Source: a bacterium
GTDB lineage: Bacteria > CLD3 > SB21
Direction: 5' to 3'
Assembly (NCBI GenBank): GCA_013360215.1
Contig: JABWCP010000022.1
Coordinates: forward strand, 1 to 61,942
DNA: 61,942 bases
Under the pieces are notes generated by a model. The model was given only the letters and a program-made list of their open reading frames with translations, was not told the origin of the DNA and made no database searches. The translations under genes and the position numbers were made by a program. Of this stretch, positions 20,485 through 31,251 are shown piece by piece (position 1 is the stretch's first letter; every line of letters starts with the position of its first letter).

Positions 20485-20928
20485 TTATTTTTTTACAACC
20501 CAAACTTTAATTTTTCCGATCACATCCGTAAACAGCTTAACATCCACATTGTACAAACCGAGCGCTTTGATCGGTTCGTCCAACAGAATCTTTCGCTTGT
20601 CAATATCATGCCCTTGCTGCGCAAGATATTCGGCGATATCCTGAGAGGTTACAGAACCGAAGAGCTTGTCTTCTTCGCCCGTAGCCACGGGAATCGTAAC
20701 GGAAATGGCTTCAAGTTTTTGAACCATTTCTTGTGCCAACGCTTTTTCGCGCGCGAGGCGTGCTGCGATCATGCGTTTTTCATTTTCAAAAGCCGCTTCG
20801 TTGGCTTTGGTCGCCACCATAGCAAAACCTTTGGGCACAAGAAAATTACGGGCATAACCCGGTTTTACATCGACGATTTCGCCGGCTTGTCCGAGCGTAT
20901 CGACGTTTTGCTTTAATATCACTTTCAT
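20485..20928 (-). CDS. rplI: 50S ribosomal protein L9
   Basis: MKVIL...LG..G..V.VKPGYARNFL; KLFGSVT. Confidence 0.98.
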   Translation of the reverse strand: MKVILKQNVDTLGQAGEIVDVKPGYARNFLVPKGFAMVATKANEAAFENEKRMIAARLAREKALAQEMVQKLEAISVTIPVATGEEDKLFGSVTSQDIAEYLAQQGHDIDKRKILLDEPIKALGLYNVDVKLFTDVIGKIKVWVVKK

Positions 20929-20964
20929 AGAAAAATCTCCAGAGTTTCTTCGTTGTTACCGATT

Positions 20965-21231
20965 TTAACGAGCCATATCACTGACGAAAGGAATCATCGC
21001 CAGGTGACGTGCATATTTGACTGCGCTGACCAACTGACGCTGGTGTGTAGCGCATACGCCGGAAGTGCGGCGCGCCAAAATTTTGCCTTGTTCAGAAGTG
21101 AACTTCATAATTCGTTTGGTATCACGGTAATCAACATACAGCGCTTTTTCTTCGCAGAACGGACAATGTTTGGGTTTGTTCATGCCGCCGCGCGGTTCTC
21201 TGCGTTTCTTTTCAAATTTTTTCTCTGCCAT
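20965..21231 (-). CDS. rpsR: 30S ribosomal protein S18 (Zn-binding type)
   Basis: CPFC...VDYRD...GKILARRTSGVCATHQR. Confidence 0.97.
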   Translation of the reverse strand: MAEKKFEKKRREPRGGMNKPKHCPFCEEKALYVDYRDTKRIMKFTSEQGKILARRTSGVCATHQRQLVSAVKYARHLAMIPFVSDMAR

Positions 21232-21264
21232 GGTCGTATCGTTCCTTACGTTTTCGTTAAATGA

Positions 21265-21660
21265 TTAAATCGCGGCTTCATCGGCAACGGCCTCTTTAGG
21301 CATCGCCGTTTTTTCACGTTTACGTTCGGCACGTAAACGGCTGTCCACCAACATGGTCATGTGACGCATGATCTGTTCGGTGATGTGATAATAATCATTC
21401 AACGCTTGGAGAGCCGACCCCGGCGCTTCAAACTCGACGCACACATAGTGGCCGTATGTTTTTTTGTTGATCACATACGCCAGCTTGCGCTTGCCCCATT
21501 CGTCTACGGCAACATTGACGGCACCGTGACTCGTGAGCACTTCTTTGATTTTGTCAACGATGCCTTTGATCACATCGTCACCGGTCTGCGCGTCAAATAC
21601 AACAACGGTTTCATAAAACCGTGATTGTCCTGCCGAGCCTTTGCGGGTTTTTTTGGACAT
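21265..21660 (-). CDS. rpsF: 30S ribosomal protein S6
   Basis: [22 protein letters not shown]. Confidence 0.96.
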   Translation of the reverse strand: MSKKTRKGSAGQSRFYETVVVFDAQTGDDVIKGIVDKIKEVLTSHGAVNVAVDEWGKRKLAYVINKKTYGHYVCVEFEAPGSALQALNDYYHITEQIMRHMTMLVDSRLRAERKREKTAMPKEAVADEAAI

Positions 21661-21734
21661 GGAGTCTCCTTTGGACTATGTTCGGCGTCAGCGTTTGTTA
21701 ACACAACTTACGTTAGCAATTCTGACGCAGGATT
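21661..21734 (-). promoter_or_regulatory. Probable S6:S18-binding ribosomal leader
   Basis: Minus strand: TCCT-GCGTCAG...CTGACGC-CG...AGGAG-ATG; stem followed by CCG, and TCCT can pair with the SD. Confidence 0.55.
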
Positions 21735-21753
21735 ATGATGATTCTAATCTATT

Positions 21754-21788
21754 AAAAGGGATTCATACATACGAAGTACGAATCCCTT
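21754..21788 (-). terminator. Terminator after pyrophosphatase gene
   Basis: Minus strand AAGGGATTCGTAC...GTATGAATCCCTTTT. Confidence 0.7.
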
Positions 21789-21798
21789 CGAAATTCAC

Positions 21799-23895
21799 TT
21801 ACTTAAGCAACGGTGCAATCACCAGCGCCACAACCGACATCAGTTTGATGAGGATGTTAAGCGAAGGACCGGCTGTATCTTTGAACGGATCGCCTACGGT
21901 ATCACCCACGACGGCCGCCTTGTGCGCGTCGGAGCCTTTTTTAACAACCGTACCGTCTTTGAGCGTGTAGCCGCCTTCAAACGATTTTTTAGCATTGTCC
22001 CAAGCGCCGCCGGAGTTAGCCATAAATATAGCCATACATACGCCGGTCACGGTACAACCTGCGAGCAAACCGCCCAAAGCTTCTTTACCTAAACCGGGAA
22101 TAAAAGCGATCGCAACCGGTACAAAAATAGCCATAAGACCGGGCACAACCATCTCGCGGATCGCGGCCTGAGTAGAAATTTCCACACAACGTTTATAATC
22201 CGGTTTGGCTTCCGGTTTACCTTCGAGAAGACCTGGGATTTCTTTGAATTGACGACGCACTTCTTTGACCATGTCCATTGCAGCTTTGCCGACCGCGCTC
22301 ATCGCCATGGATGAGAAAAGGAACGGGAGCATACCGCCGACAAATAAACCGGCCATAATTTTCGGATTGGCCACATCCAGTGTTTTCATGCCGACTTGGC
22401 TCATATAGGCCGTAAATAAAGCTAACGCTGTCAAAGCCGCTGACGCAATGGCAAAACCTTTACCGATCGCAGCTGTTGTGTTACCGACAGAATCTAATTT
22501 ATCCGTACGACCGCGAACCTCTTCCGGAAGATGCGACATTTCGGCGATACCGCCTGAGTTGTCAGCGATAGGACCGTACGCATCTACAGCAAGCTGGATA
22601 CCTAACGTAGAAAGCATACCAAGCGCGGCGACAGCAATACCATACAAACCAGCAAAATAATAGGAACCGATAATACCAACCGCAATCAATACAACGGGAA
22701 TAGCCGTAGATTCCATACCGACAGCCAGACCGGAGATGATGTTAGTCGCAGGACCCGTGACTGATTGTTCGACGATACGATTGACATGCGAACGCCCACT
22801 GCCCGTGTACAGTTCGGTTACAATACCGACCAAAACACCGACGACCAAACCGAATACCGTAGCCAAGAATACATCGTTAGCCGTAACTAACTTGGCCGTA
22901 TCCATCGTATCGTATAAATCTACCGATGGCCAAAGTTTATGGATGGCAAAGTACGAAGCAACGACCATAGCGCCGGCTGCAACAAAAGTACCCGTATTCA
23001 ACGCTACTTGGGGATCACCACCTTCTTTCGTGCGAACAAAAAATGTACCGACGATGGAGGCAATAATACCTACGCCTGCTAAAAGAATCGGTAACAATAC
23101 CGGCACCATACCGGCATTGGTGCCAACGATCATCGCCGCACCCAAAATCATCGTACCGACGATAGAGCCGACATACGACTCAAAAAGATCAGCGCCCATA
23201 CCGGCCACGTCGCCTACATTATCACCGACATTGTCAGCGATAACGGCAGGATTACGCGGATCATCTTCGGGAATACCCGCTTCTACTTTACCGACAAGGT
23301 CAGCGCCTACGTCTGCAGCTTTGGTATAGATACCGCCGCCGACACGCGCAAAAAGAGCAATCGAAGACGCACCGAGTGAATAACCTGAAATGACATTCAG
23401 AACCTTAGCCGTATCCGTAAACATGTTTGAATATACGAAGTACAATACCGTCAGACCGATGACACCGAGACCGACAACGCACATACCCATCACCGATCCG
23501 CCGCTGAATGCGATTTGAAGCGCATTCTGAAGACCGGTACGCGCTGCATTGGTCGTACGAACATTAGCTTTGGTAGCCACCTTCATACCGAAAAATCCGG
23601 CTAATGCGGAACAAAATGCCCCGACAGCGAAGGAAACACCGACAAGCCAACTGGAGTGTTCTTCCATTGATCCGGAAATCGCCAGTAAGGCCCCGGCAAC
23701 AATCACGAAGATCACAAGCACTTTGTATTCACGCATCAAAAAGGCCATCGCACCTTCGGCAATAGCGGCGGCAATTTCTTTCATGCGGTCATTGCCCGCA
23801 TCTTGTTTGGATATCCACATCGCTTTGTAAGCAGCAAAGGCCAAAGCCAAAAAGCCGCTCGCCAATGCGATGTAGAGCAACATTTGATCGTTCAC
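21799..23895 (-). CDS. hppA: Membrane-integral ion-pumping pyrophosphatase, probably K+-dependent Na+-PPase
   Basis: [52 protein letters not shown]. Confidence 0.96.
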   Translation of the reverse strand: MNDQMLLYIALASGFLALAFAAYKAMWISKQDAGNDRMKEIAAAIAEGAMAFLMREYKVLVIFVIVAGALLAISGSMEEHSSWLVGVSFAVGAFCSALAGFFGMKVATKANVRTTNAARTGLQNALQIAFSGGSVMGMCVVGLGVIGLTVLYFVYSNMFTDTAKVLNVISGYSLGASSIALFARVGGGIYTKAADVGADLVGKVEAGIPEDDPRNPAVIADNVGDNVGDVAGMGADLFESYVGSIVGTMILGAAMIVGTNAGMVPVLLPILLAGVGIIASIVGTFFVRTKEGGDPQVALNTGTFVAAGAMVVASYFAIHKLWPSVDLYDTMDTAKLVTANDVFLATVFGLVVGVLVGIVTELYTGSGRSHVNRIVEQSVTGPATNIISGLAVGMESTAIPVVLIAVGIIGSYYFAGLYGIAVAALGMLSTLGIQLAVDAYGPIADNSGGIAEMSHLPEEVRGRTDKLDSVGNTTAAIGKGFAIASAALTALALFTAYMSQVGMKTLDVANPKIMAGLFVGGMLPFLFSSMAMSAVGKAAMDMVKEVRRQFKEIPGLLEGKPEAKPDYKRCVEISTQAAIREMVVPGLMAIFVPVAIAFIPGLGKEALGGLLAGCTVTGVCMAIFMANSGGAWDNAKKSFEGGYTLKDGTVVKKGSDAHKAAVVGDTVGDPFKDTAGPSLNILIKLMSVVALVIAPLLK

Positions 23896-23957
23896 AGGGT
23901 TTTTCTCCTCAGATAATTTTATTAAAACGAAAATCCGTATTAACAGCCTAAATTTTA

Positions 23958-24533
23958 CTACGTCGGTAAACCGCCGTTGTATTGATTCATTGCCCGCGTT
24001 ACGCCATGTTGGACGAAACTCTCAGCCGCTAAGGTTGCGCGATCCATCACAAGGTTAAGAACCGCCATTTCATCTTCCAAAAATCGTGATAAAACAAAAT
24101 CCGAAAGACTCATTTTACTGCGTAAAGGATGATCTACGCCGATCCGTAGTCGGGCAATCTGGTCGGTTGCCAATTGGTAAATAACCGATTTTAAACCGTT
24201 TTGACCGCCATCACTACCTTCTTTACGCATGCGTATCGTTCCCAAAGGCAAAACAACATCGTCACAGGCGATCAGCACATCCGATACAGGTATTTTGAAG
24301 AATGCCATAAAAGGACGTACAGCCAAACCGCTGTTGTTCATATACGTCGTCGGCTTCATCAGAAACGTACGCTCGTCACCGATCATACATTCGCCGATAA
24401 AATACTCACCTTTACCTTCGCGCATTGGGACCGAGTGTTTGCGAGCAAGCTTGTCAATGAGCATAAACCCGACATTGTGTCGGGTTGATTCGTAACGCGA
24501 ACCGGGATTTCCTAATCCTACTATTAGCTTCAT
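23958..24533 (-). CDS. pth: Peptidyl-tRNA hydrolase
   Basis: [37 protein letters not shown]. Confidence 0.96.
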   Translation of the reverse strand: MKLIVGLGNPGSRYESTRHNVGFMLIDKLARKHSVPMREGKGEYFIGECMIGDERTFLMKPTTYMNNSGLAVRPFMAFFKIPVSDVLIACDDVVLPLGTIRMRKEGSDGGQNGLKSVIYQLATDQIARLRIGVDHPLRSKMSLSDFVLSRFLEDEMAVLNLVMDRATLAAESFVQHGVTRAMNQYNGGLPT

Positions 24534-24610
24534 AATGTTTCGGCCACACATACGGCAAATTTGTTAATTTGCCGTAGTATGCCCGCAATGCAGATTTCAG
24601 AAATTCCGAA

Positions 24611-25261
24611 TTACTTTTTCTCGGGTGCTTTTTCACCCTCGCCGGCAACTTCTTTACCTTTAGCGATAACTTCAGGTTCCGTCGGAGCGGCTTGTGCTTC
24701 TGCAAGAACGGATTCAAGAGCTTTCGGAATAACAACCGTACAAACGGATTCGGAAGCCGGGTTGAGGATAGTAATATTGGGATAATTCAGATCGCGAATG
24801 TGAACCGCATGGTTGAGGTCCAAATCGTCAATTTTCACTTCAAGGTGAGCCGGGATATCATTGGGCAGACATTTGATGTGAAATTCCGTCATATCGTGTT
24901 GGAAAATACCGCCCTTGGTACGAACACCGATGGGCGAACCGATGAAAACGATCGGTACGTACACGTCAATCGGACGATCCATACGAACCGCCATGACGTC
25001 CACATGCACTAAACGACCGGTTACGGGATCTTTGTCAAAATCACGAACAATGACGCGGTGTTCCTTGCCATCGATCGTAATCGTGGCGAGCGTGTGTTCT
25101 GTCATCAAAAATTTAGCGAGCGACATCGCATCAAGCTGGATCGAGACATTTTCTTGGCCGTAGCCATAAAAAACGCCGGGTACTTTTCCCTGCTTGCGGG
25201 CATGCTTCGCACTGTGCTTTCCGGCCGGACGCCGTTCCGCTGTCAGAGTGGTTTCTTGCAT
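24611..25261 (-). CDS. rplY: 50S ribosomal protein L25/Ctc
   Basis: RKQGKVPGVFYG, DPVTGRLVHVD, long Ctc C-domain; between prs and pth. Confidence 0.93.
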   Translation of the reverse strand: MQETTLTAERRPAGKHSAKHARKQGKVPGVFYGYGQENVSIQLDAMSLAKFLMTEHTLATITIDGKEHRVIVRDFDKDPVTGRLVHVDVMAVRMDRPIDVYVPIVFIGSPIGVRTKGGIFQHDMTEFHIKCLPNDIPAHLEVKIDDLDLNHAVHIRDLNYPNITILNPASESVCTVVIPKALESVLAEAQAAPTEPEVIAKGKEVAGEGEKAPEKK

Positions 25262-25328
25262 GGTATCATCCCCTGTTTTTTAGGTGATTATTAGATAATC
25301 CGTACAACCGTTGTACGAACTGAATTTT

Positions 25329-26267
25329 TTAATTAAACAAAACGCTGATGGATTCCGCTTTATGAATTCGCGAAATCGCTTCGGCAAACACGTGTGTTAC
25401 CGAGAGAATTTCAATTTTTTCGCAGCTTGCCCGCATCGGAATGGTATCGGTTGCAACGACCTTTTTGATGGGCGAACGCATGATTTTTTCGATGGCGTTA
25501 CCGGAAAGGATCGGATGCGTACAAGCGGCATATATATCTTGCGCGCCGTGTTCTTTGAGAGCCGAAGCCGCTTGAGTCAATGTCCCCGCGGTGTCAATCA
25601 TATCATCGATAAGCAATACATCACGCCCTTCGACGTGGCCGATGATATTCATGATTTCAACCGAATTGGCTTTCGGACGACGCTTATCTATGATGGAAAA
25701 ATCCAATTCCAATCGTTTGGCATAAGCGCGAGCCAGTTTGACGCCGCCCATATCCGGTGAAACAATGACAGCATCTTTTTTCAAGATCCCGCGCCAGTAT
25801 TCCGTCAATACCGCCGAGGAATACAAGTGATCCATCGGAATATCAAAAAAACCTTGAATTTGTGCGCTATGCAAATCCATCGTCAAAATACGATCCACAC
25901 CGGCCGTTGTAAGCAGATTGGCAACGAGCTTCGCCGTGATCGGCACCCGAGGTTGATCTTTACGGTCTTGACGCGCGTAACCAAAATATGGAATGACAGC
26001 TGTGATACGAGCCGCCGACGAACGTTTGGCGGCATCAATCATGATCAGAAGTTCCATCAAATTATCGGAATTGGGAAATGTAGGCTGAACAATAAAAAGA
26101 TCTTTACCGCGCACGTTTTCATCATACTTTACAAAAATCTCACCGTCACTGAAGTTGACGATTTCGACTTTGCCGAGGTAGATATTGAGTCGTTTGGCGA
26201 TACCTTCTGCAAATACACGATTGGCACGGCCGGAGACCAGCATGATGTCGTACTTCATCTCAACCAT
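25329..26267 (-). CDS. prs: Ribose-phosphate pyrophosphokinase
   Basis: FSDGE, PYFGYARQDRK, DLHSAQIQGFF, DDMIDTAGT. Confidence 0.98.
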   Translation of the reverse strand: MVEMKYDIMLVSGRANRVFAEGIAKRLNIYLGKVEIVNFSDGEIFVKYDENVRGKDLFIVQPTFPNSDNLMELLIMIDAAKRSSAARITAVIPYFGYARQDRKDQPRVPITAKLVANLLTTAGVDRILTMDLHSAQIQGFFDIPMDHLYSSAVLTEYWRGILKKDAVIVSPDMGGVKLARAYAKRLELDFSIIDKRRPKANSVEIMNIIGHVEGRDVLLIDDMIDTAGTLTQAASALKEHGAQDIYAACTHPILSGNAIEKIMRSPIKKVVATDTIPMRASCEKIEILSVTHVFAEAISRIHKAESISVLFN

Positions 26268-26295
26268 AACACGCCTTTTCTACTGCTTAAAAATC

Positions 26296-26318
26296 AAAAA
26301 GCCCAGAGTTCCGGGCTT
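26296..26318 (-). terminator. Hairpin/terminator between tRNA-Gln and prs
   Basis: Minus strand AAGCCCGG-aact-CTGGGCTTTTT. Confidence 0.55.
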
Positions 26319-26328
26319 ATGTATCATG

Positions 26329-26400
26329 CTGGGGTGCAAGGACTCGAACCTCGGAATGGATGGACCAAAACCATCTGCCTTACCACTTGGCTACACCCCA
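26329..26400 (-). tRNA. tRNA-Gln(UUG)
   Basis: TGGGGTGTAGCCAAGTGGTAAGGCAGATGGTTTTGGTCCATCCATTCCGAGGTTCGAGTCCTTGCACCCCAG; U1-A72 pair, anticodon TTG, CCA not encoded; usual ispE-tRNA-Gln-prs position. Confidence 0.96.
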
Positions 26401-26427
26401 GTTATAAAAGAACAAAATCCAGAATTT

Positions 26428-27327
26428 CTACTTTACCGAATCAATGAAACGGCACCGAAAAATCGCCGCATCACCTAAGCGTTCGCGCAACGTTTCAAAC
26501 TCCGGCACAGTATCAAAAAGCCCGTACAACGTTGAGCCGCTTCCGGACATACGAGCCACTTTTGCGCCTAAATCAACCAAAACGCCTTGAGCAGTGCGTA
26601 TCCACGGATACTCGCGAAACACTAAATATTCAAAATCATTATCAAAAAACAGGCCTTTTTCCAAAGGCGCGGAAAGTATAGCCGATTCGATCCTTTTTGT
26701 CAAGTTAAATCTTTCATTTTCAGTATCTACCGTAGAAGGCATTGCGGTTCTAAAATTTTGATACGCCCATGGGGTCGAAACATGTACGTTCGGATAAACA
26801 ACTACCACATGTTCCGTCAACGGCCAGCGAAAATATGATAATACCTCACCGCGCCCTTGTCCTTTTGCAGTGGCGCCGTGGCCAAGATAAAATCCAACAA
26901 AAAACGGAACATCTGAACCCAAAGACGCACCAAGATGCATTAATTCCTCATCTGTCAGCGATAAACCCAATAAGCGTGAGAGCGCGACTAAAACAGCCGC
27001 CGCATCGGAGCTACCTCCGCCAAGGCCGGCGCCCATGGGAATATGTTTTTCCAAATGAATATCGGTATGAATTGGCCGACCGGATTTTTTTTCCAGGCTA
27101 CGTACAGCTTTCATCATAATATTGGATTCGTCCGTAGGCACGCCGGCGAGCCCGCATGTCAGACGTGCGCCACCTCTATCATTCAACCGAATCGCGACGC
27201 GGTCGTGAAGGCTTATAATTTTAAAAACGGTTTCGATGTTGTGATAACCATCGTCTCGTTTTTCATGAATACGCAAACCGAGATTGATTTTGGCATAGGC
27301 GTTGAGTTGAACTTCGTTAACTGACAT
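26428..27327 (-). CDS. ispE: 4-diphosphocytidyl-2-C-methyl-D-erythritol kinase
   Basis: AKINLGL..KRDDGYH, IPMGAGLGGGSSDAA, LGSDVPFF, MSGSGS. Confidence 0.96.
   Translation of the reverse strand: MSVNEVQLNAYAKINLGLRIHEKRDDGYHNIETVFKIISLHDRVAIRLNDRGGARLTCGLAGVPTDESNIMMKAVRSLEKKSGRPIHTDIHLEKHIPMGAGLGGGSSDAAAVLVALSRLLGLSLTDEELMHLGASLGSDVPFFVGFYLGHGATAKGQGRGEVLSYFRWPLTEHVVVVYPNVHVSTPWAYQNFRTAMPSTVDTENERFNLTKRIESAILSAPLEKGLFFDNDFEYLVFREYPWIRTAQGVLVDLGAKVARMSGSGSTLYGLFDTVPEFETLRERLGDAAIFRCRFIDSVK
26675..26703 (-). promoter_or_regulatory. Consensus sigma70 promoter inside ispE, pointing at tRNA-Gln/prs
   Basis: TTGACA-17 nt-TATACT followed by GC-rich discriminator TTCCGCGCC. Confidence 0.7.
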
Positions 27328-27332
27328 TGATC

Positions 27333-29606
27333 TTAATATCCCCGCCCTTTTTTCTTTTTGCCTACTGTTGTTTTGTGTACCGCACAGGGATCTGTAGGTT
27401 GAAACTTGGCATTAAAAACTTCTTTGTATTTTTTAGGACATGCAGTGATCGCAAGTTGACCCGAATCCTCGCATATTTCCAAACGAACAACCCCTGCCGG
27501 CATTTCAAAATCTGCTTCCGGTAACCCCATCGTTTCGTGCGCATCCAACATAAATCTTCCCCACATCGGCGCGGCTATCACTTCGCCGGGATTACGCGCA
27601 CTGAGATTGAGTTCATACGTATCATAGCCCACCCAAACACCGGCGACAATTTGCGGAGTATACCCGATGTACCATCCGTCGGACCATTTTTGCGTTGTAC
27701 CGGTCTTTACTCCTGCCGGACGCTTAAACCCGAATCGCCGTGCTAATCGCCCCGACCCGCGTTCACTATCAATACTGGACTTCATCATTTCCGCCATGAT
27801 GTAGGCCGTCTCCGCGCTCAAAACTTCTTTATATTTGGGAATATGCTGATACAAAAGATTACCATCTTTATCTGTGATGCGCGTAATAAAAACCGGATCA
27901 ACACGGATGCCTTTGTTGGCAAAAACACCATATGCTGATACGATCTGCATCGGTACCACATCAAAAACACCGAGAGCAAGTGCATCGACAGGCTGCAACG
28001 TCGTCTGAATACCCATTTTTTGCGCATACGTGATCACTGTGGCCGGAGGAACAACCTCTTGCATAAGCCGTATGGCGACAAGATTGAGTGAAGTTGCTAG
28101 AGCATCTCTCAGCGTGGTCGGGCCACCCCGGCCTCCGTCATAGTTTTGAGGTGTCCATCGTTTACCGTCTTCCGTAATAATCACCACGTCTTGATTGAGC
28201 AATTTAAAATTTGGCGAATATCCGTTGTCTATGGCTGCCGTGTATAAAAAAGGCTTGAACGTAGAACCGGGTTGACGCGCAATCTGCGTTACGTGATTGA
28301 GTTTGTATTTTTTAAAATCACGCCCCCCGATCAAAGCCAACACATGCCCATTGGAAGGATCAACGGCTACAAAACCGGACTGCACCGTGCCGTAGAAGCG
28401 ACTGAGAGAATCCACCGCTCGGGGGCTGGCGAGCAATCGTTCGATGTGCTCAGGCGAAACGCCTTCGCGACGCATATATTTAGGTAAATACTGTTGCGCA
28501 TTAGCAGCCAGATACTCCGCGCCAAATTTATCTAAAGGTCCGAACCGTTCTTTTACATTTTCCTCATAGGCTTTTTCAGCCGCAGCCTGCGCGCGCGTAT
28601 CCAATGTCGTAAAAACATTGAGACCGTCTTCGTACACATTAAAATGCAAACTGTCGGACAAATACTCTAATTCACGACGAACATTTTCAGCAAAATATGG
28701 AGCATATCCGATCACGTCCTCGTCACGGCGTGGAAAGGGCTGAATCATTTGCTGGCGTGCCTCCGAAAATTCACCCTCGGTGATATAGCCAACCTCTCTC
28801 ATACGATAAAGTACCGTGTTTTTGCGTGCATTGGCCGCCTGGATATTATTCATATAAAATGAAGGGGCCTGCAAATGGCCGACCAGGTATGCAGATTCCG
28901 CTAAAGTCAGTTCCCGTACATCTTTGTGAAAAAAAATCTTGGCGGCCGCATGTATCCCATACGCATCATGACCGAAATACATGTGCGTGAGGTACATTTC
29001 CATAATCTCGTTTTTGGAATATGTTTTTTCGATCTGAATGGCGGTCAATACTTCTTTGAATTTCCGGGAGAGCGTTTTTTCTTTGCTCAGATAGAGATTT
29101 CGCGCGAGTTGTTGCGTGAGTGAGCTAAATCCTTCACTGGAGCTCAGTGTCAACGTATTGACCATCGCCGACTTAACGAAACGAATAATATCCATACCCC
29201 AATGATCGTAAAAACGATGATCTTCCGTCGCAAGCAAAGCTTCGGTAATGGATTGGGGGATTTCCTGAATCGGAATGCGCGTACGACGTTCCCGAAAAAA
29301 CTCCTTGATGACTTTCCCGTCCGCTGAATATACTTTTGTGGAAAGTTTGGGTTCGTACACTTCGAGCTGTTCGATAGAAGGCAGATCGTCGCGAAAATAA
29401 TAAGCAAAAAAGATCACCGCCGTCAAAAGTAAAAACATGACCCCCGAAAACAACTTTAAAGCCAATATCCATGCGGAAGAGTGATTGATTTTATTCGGGC
29501 CTGATTTCTTGGGCTCGTGACCCGGCTTGACCGGGATTCGGATTTCTTTGGCGTGGTCATCGGATGACTCCGGCATATCATCGTCTTCTCTGCGTTTTCT
29601 TTGCAT
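27333..29606 (-). CDS. mrcA: Penicillin-binding protein 1A (class A PBP)
   Basis: TM anchor; transglycosylase ATEDHRF, SSLTQQLARN, RKFKE; transpeptidase STFK, SLN, KTGT; start uncertain (29606 chosen). Confidence 0.92.
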   Translation of the reverse strand: MQRKRREDDDMPESSDDHAKEIRIPVKPGHEPKKSGPNKINHSSAWILALKLFSGVMFLLLTAVIFFAYYFRDDLPSIEQLEVYEPKLSTKVYSADGKVIKEFFRERRTRIPIQEIPQSITEALLATEDHRFYDHWGMDIIRFVKSAMVNTLTLSSSEGFSSLTQQLARNLYLSKEKTLSRKFKEVLTAIQIEKTYSKNEIMEMYLTHMYFGHDAYGIHAAAKIFFHKDVRELTLAESAYLVGHLQAPSFYMNNIQAANARKNTVLYRMREVGYITEGEFSEARQQMIQPFPRRDEDVIGYAPYFAENVRRELEYLSDSLHFNVYEDGLNVFTTLDTRAQAAAEKAYEENVKERFGPLDKFGAEYLAANAQQYLPKYMRREGVSPEHIERLLASPRAVDSLSRFYGTVQSGFVAVDPSNGHVLALIGGRDFKKYKLNHVTQIARQPGSTFKPFLYTAAIDNGYSPNFKLLNQDVVIITEDGKRWTPQNYDGGRGGPTTLRDALATSLNLVAIRLMQEVVPPATVITYAQKMGIQTTLQPVDALALGVFDVVPMQIVSAYGVFANKGIRVDPVFITRITDKDGNLLYQHIPKYKEVLSAETAYIMAEMMKSSIDSERGSGRLARRFGFKRPAGVKTGTTQKWSDGWYIGYTPQIVAGVWVGYDTYELNLSARNPGEVIAAPMWGRFMLDAHETMGLPEADFEMPAGVVRLEICEDSGQLAITACPKKYKEVFNAKFQPTDPCAVHKTTVGKKKKGRGY

Positions 29607-29610
29607 GCGG

Positions 29611-30216
29611 TTAACCACCCCATGGCTGAAAAAGCTCATGATCGTCAATGCCGAGCATATGCAAAATTCGAGCTACTATAAAATCAGCGATATCATCTAT
29701 AGATTGTGGTTTTTGATAAAAGGCGGGCATGGCCGGTACGATCCGCGCTCCGGCTTTGGACAGTGTCAACATGTTTTCGATTTGGATACTATTCATCGGC
29801 GTTTCACGCGGCACGATGATCAACGGAAAATTTTCTTTGAGCGCCACATCGGCAGCACGTTCGATAAGATTCGTAGATGCGCCATGCGCAATACCCGACA
29901 GCGTTTTCATGGAGCAAGGAACTACGACCATACCCAGGCGTCGCATGGAGCCGCTCGCCATCGGCGCGGCTATCGCCTGCACCGGCCATTCGCGCAGTTT
30001 GCCCTTGTCTATGTCGTGGCCAAATTTGTTTTTTAAAAATTCGACAACCCCTTTTTTATCTAAATCCCAATCCATCTCGACTTTGAAATTAATTTTACCG
30101 GCATCCGATATGATAAAATCCACTTCGTAAGCATGCGTTAGAAAATATCGTAGAAGACGAACGGCATAAATAACACCGCTTGCCCCGGTGATAGCTACAG
30201 TTACGCGTCGGTTCAC
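29611..30216 (-). CDS. ubiX: Flavin prenyltransferase UbiX
   Basis: VAITGASG, ASGS, PCSMKTL, RAADVALKE, PRETP, PAMPAFY; GTG start overlaps upstream stop (GTGA). Confidence 0.94.
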   Translation of the reverse strand: MNRRVTVAITGASGVIYAVRLLRYFLTHAYEVDFIISDAGKINFKVEMDWDLDKKGVVEFLKNKFGHDIDKGKLREWPVQAIAAPMASGSMRRLGMVVVPCSMKTLSGIAHGASTNLIERAADVALKENFPLIIVPRETPMNSIQIENMLTLSKAGARIVPAMPAFYQKPQSIDDIADFIVARILHMLGIDDHELFQPWGG

Positions 30217-31109
30217 TTTGTTTCCTTTTTTTCGATGGATGTTAATATCCAGATCCGCCACAATCCCAATAATGTACAGATGAGGCCGCCCATACTAACC
30301 CATGGAAATACATGATGTTCATCGCCATACCATAATAAGGCTGACGGTTCAAGATTATTAAAAATGAGAACGGTAAAATTATTGACACTATGAAAAACAA
30401 TCGTCGGTAATATACTTTGCGTCCGCCAAGCTACGGCACCGAGTACGATCGCTATTATAAAAATCTGTATGCCGCCCCAGGGATTAAAATGAATCAACGC
30501 GAATACAAGACTGGAAATGGCTACCGATATCAATACAGGATAATGCGCTTCAAGAGATCGCTGCAAAAGTCCCCGTAATAATATTTCTTCACAGACTCCC
30601 GCAGCGATTACTGCGCCAACGATCAAAAGAAACCCATCCATAAAAGAATGAATCTTCATTTCTGCGGCCAACTGTTCTAAAATCCGTTCCGACATAAGCT
30701 CCGGACTGAGTAAACCTATCGTCGAATCCAACCAGGTATTAATAGCCGGTGCCATCCAGCGATCCAAAGTATCCGTAACCACGACAAGCCCCAATGCAGT
30801 TACGGCGGAAATAATCATAACCGATAGATTTACTCTTCGCATACGAAAAAGCAGAAGGATGTCCAGCTTATGAATACGCGCATAAATCAATGCCGGCAGA
30901 ACAAATAACATCGTGCCAAGAACTAATCCAATTTTATTTAAAACGGGTACCGATTCTGCAGGTACAATAAATTTACCTATAACGACGAAAATCCCCATAA
31001 ATACGAATCCCGTCATTACTCCCAAAATTAGAATAAAAAATGAAGTACCTATACCGGGTAACTGCGGTTTCGCTTCAAACGATATATCTGGTTTATTTTC
31101 AGATTCCAT
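30213..31109 (-). CDS. CPBP (CAAX/Abi) intramembrane metalloprotease
   Basis: EEILLRG, FALIH, HSVNN; multiple TMs; start uncertain. Confidence 0.9.
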   Translation of the reverse strand: MESENKPDISFEAKPQLPGIGTSFFILILGVMTGFVFMGIFVVIGKFIVPAESVPVLNKIGLVLGTMLFVLPALIYARIHKLDILLLFRMRRVNLSVMIISAVTALGLVVVTDTLDRWMAPAINTWLDSTIGLLSPELMSERILEQLAAEMKIHSFMDGFLLIVGAVIAAGVCEEILLRGLLQRSLEAHYPVLISVAISSLVFALIHFNPWGGIQIFIIAIVLGAVAWRTQSILPTIVFHSVNNFTVLIFNNLEPSALLWYGDEHHVFPWVSMGGLICTLLGLWRIWILTSIEKKETK

Positions 31110-31251
31110 GGAGCCCAATATGAAAAAAAACTTCACTAAGGGCAAACTGAAATTTAACTGAGGAATGAATTATATATTGAAAAATATCCGATAGAAGATT
31201 GAGACAAGAGAAAATTCGCAAACTCAACCGATACACAAACTCATCCGATGA

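Noticed and set aside
22448-23830. Long plus-strand ORFs antisense to hppA (and similar shadows opposite prs, pgk, ubiX and the 789-aa gene)
   Set aside because: Antisense shadows of well-conserved genes, with no RBS or recognisable motifs.
25301-25317. Palindrome CGTACAACCGTTGTACG upstream of rplY as an L25 leader
   Set aside because: Single short hairpin with no recognisable leader features; could be a processing or pause site.
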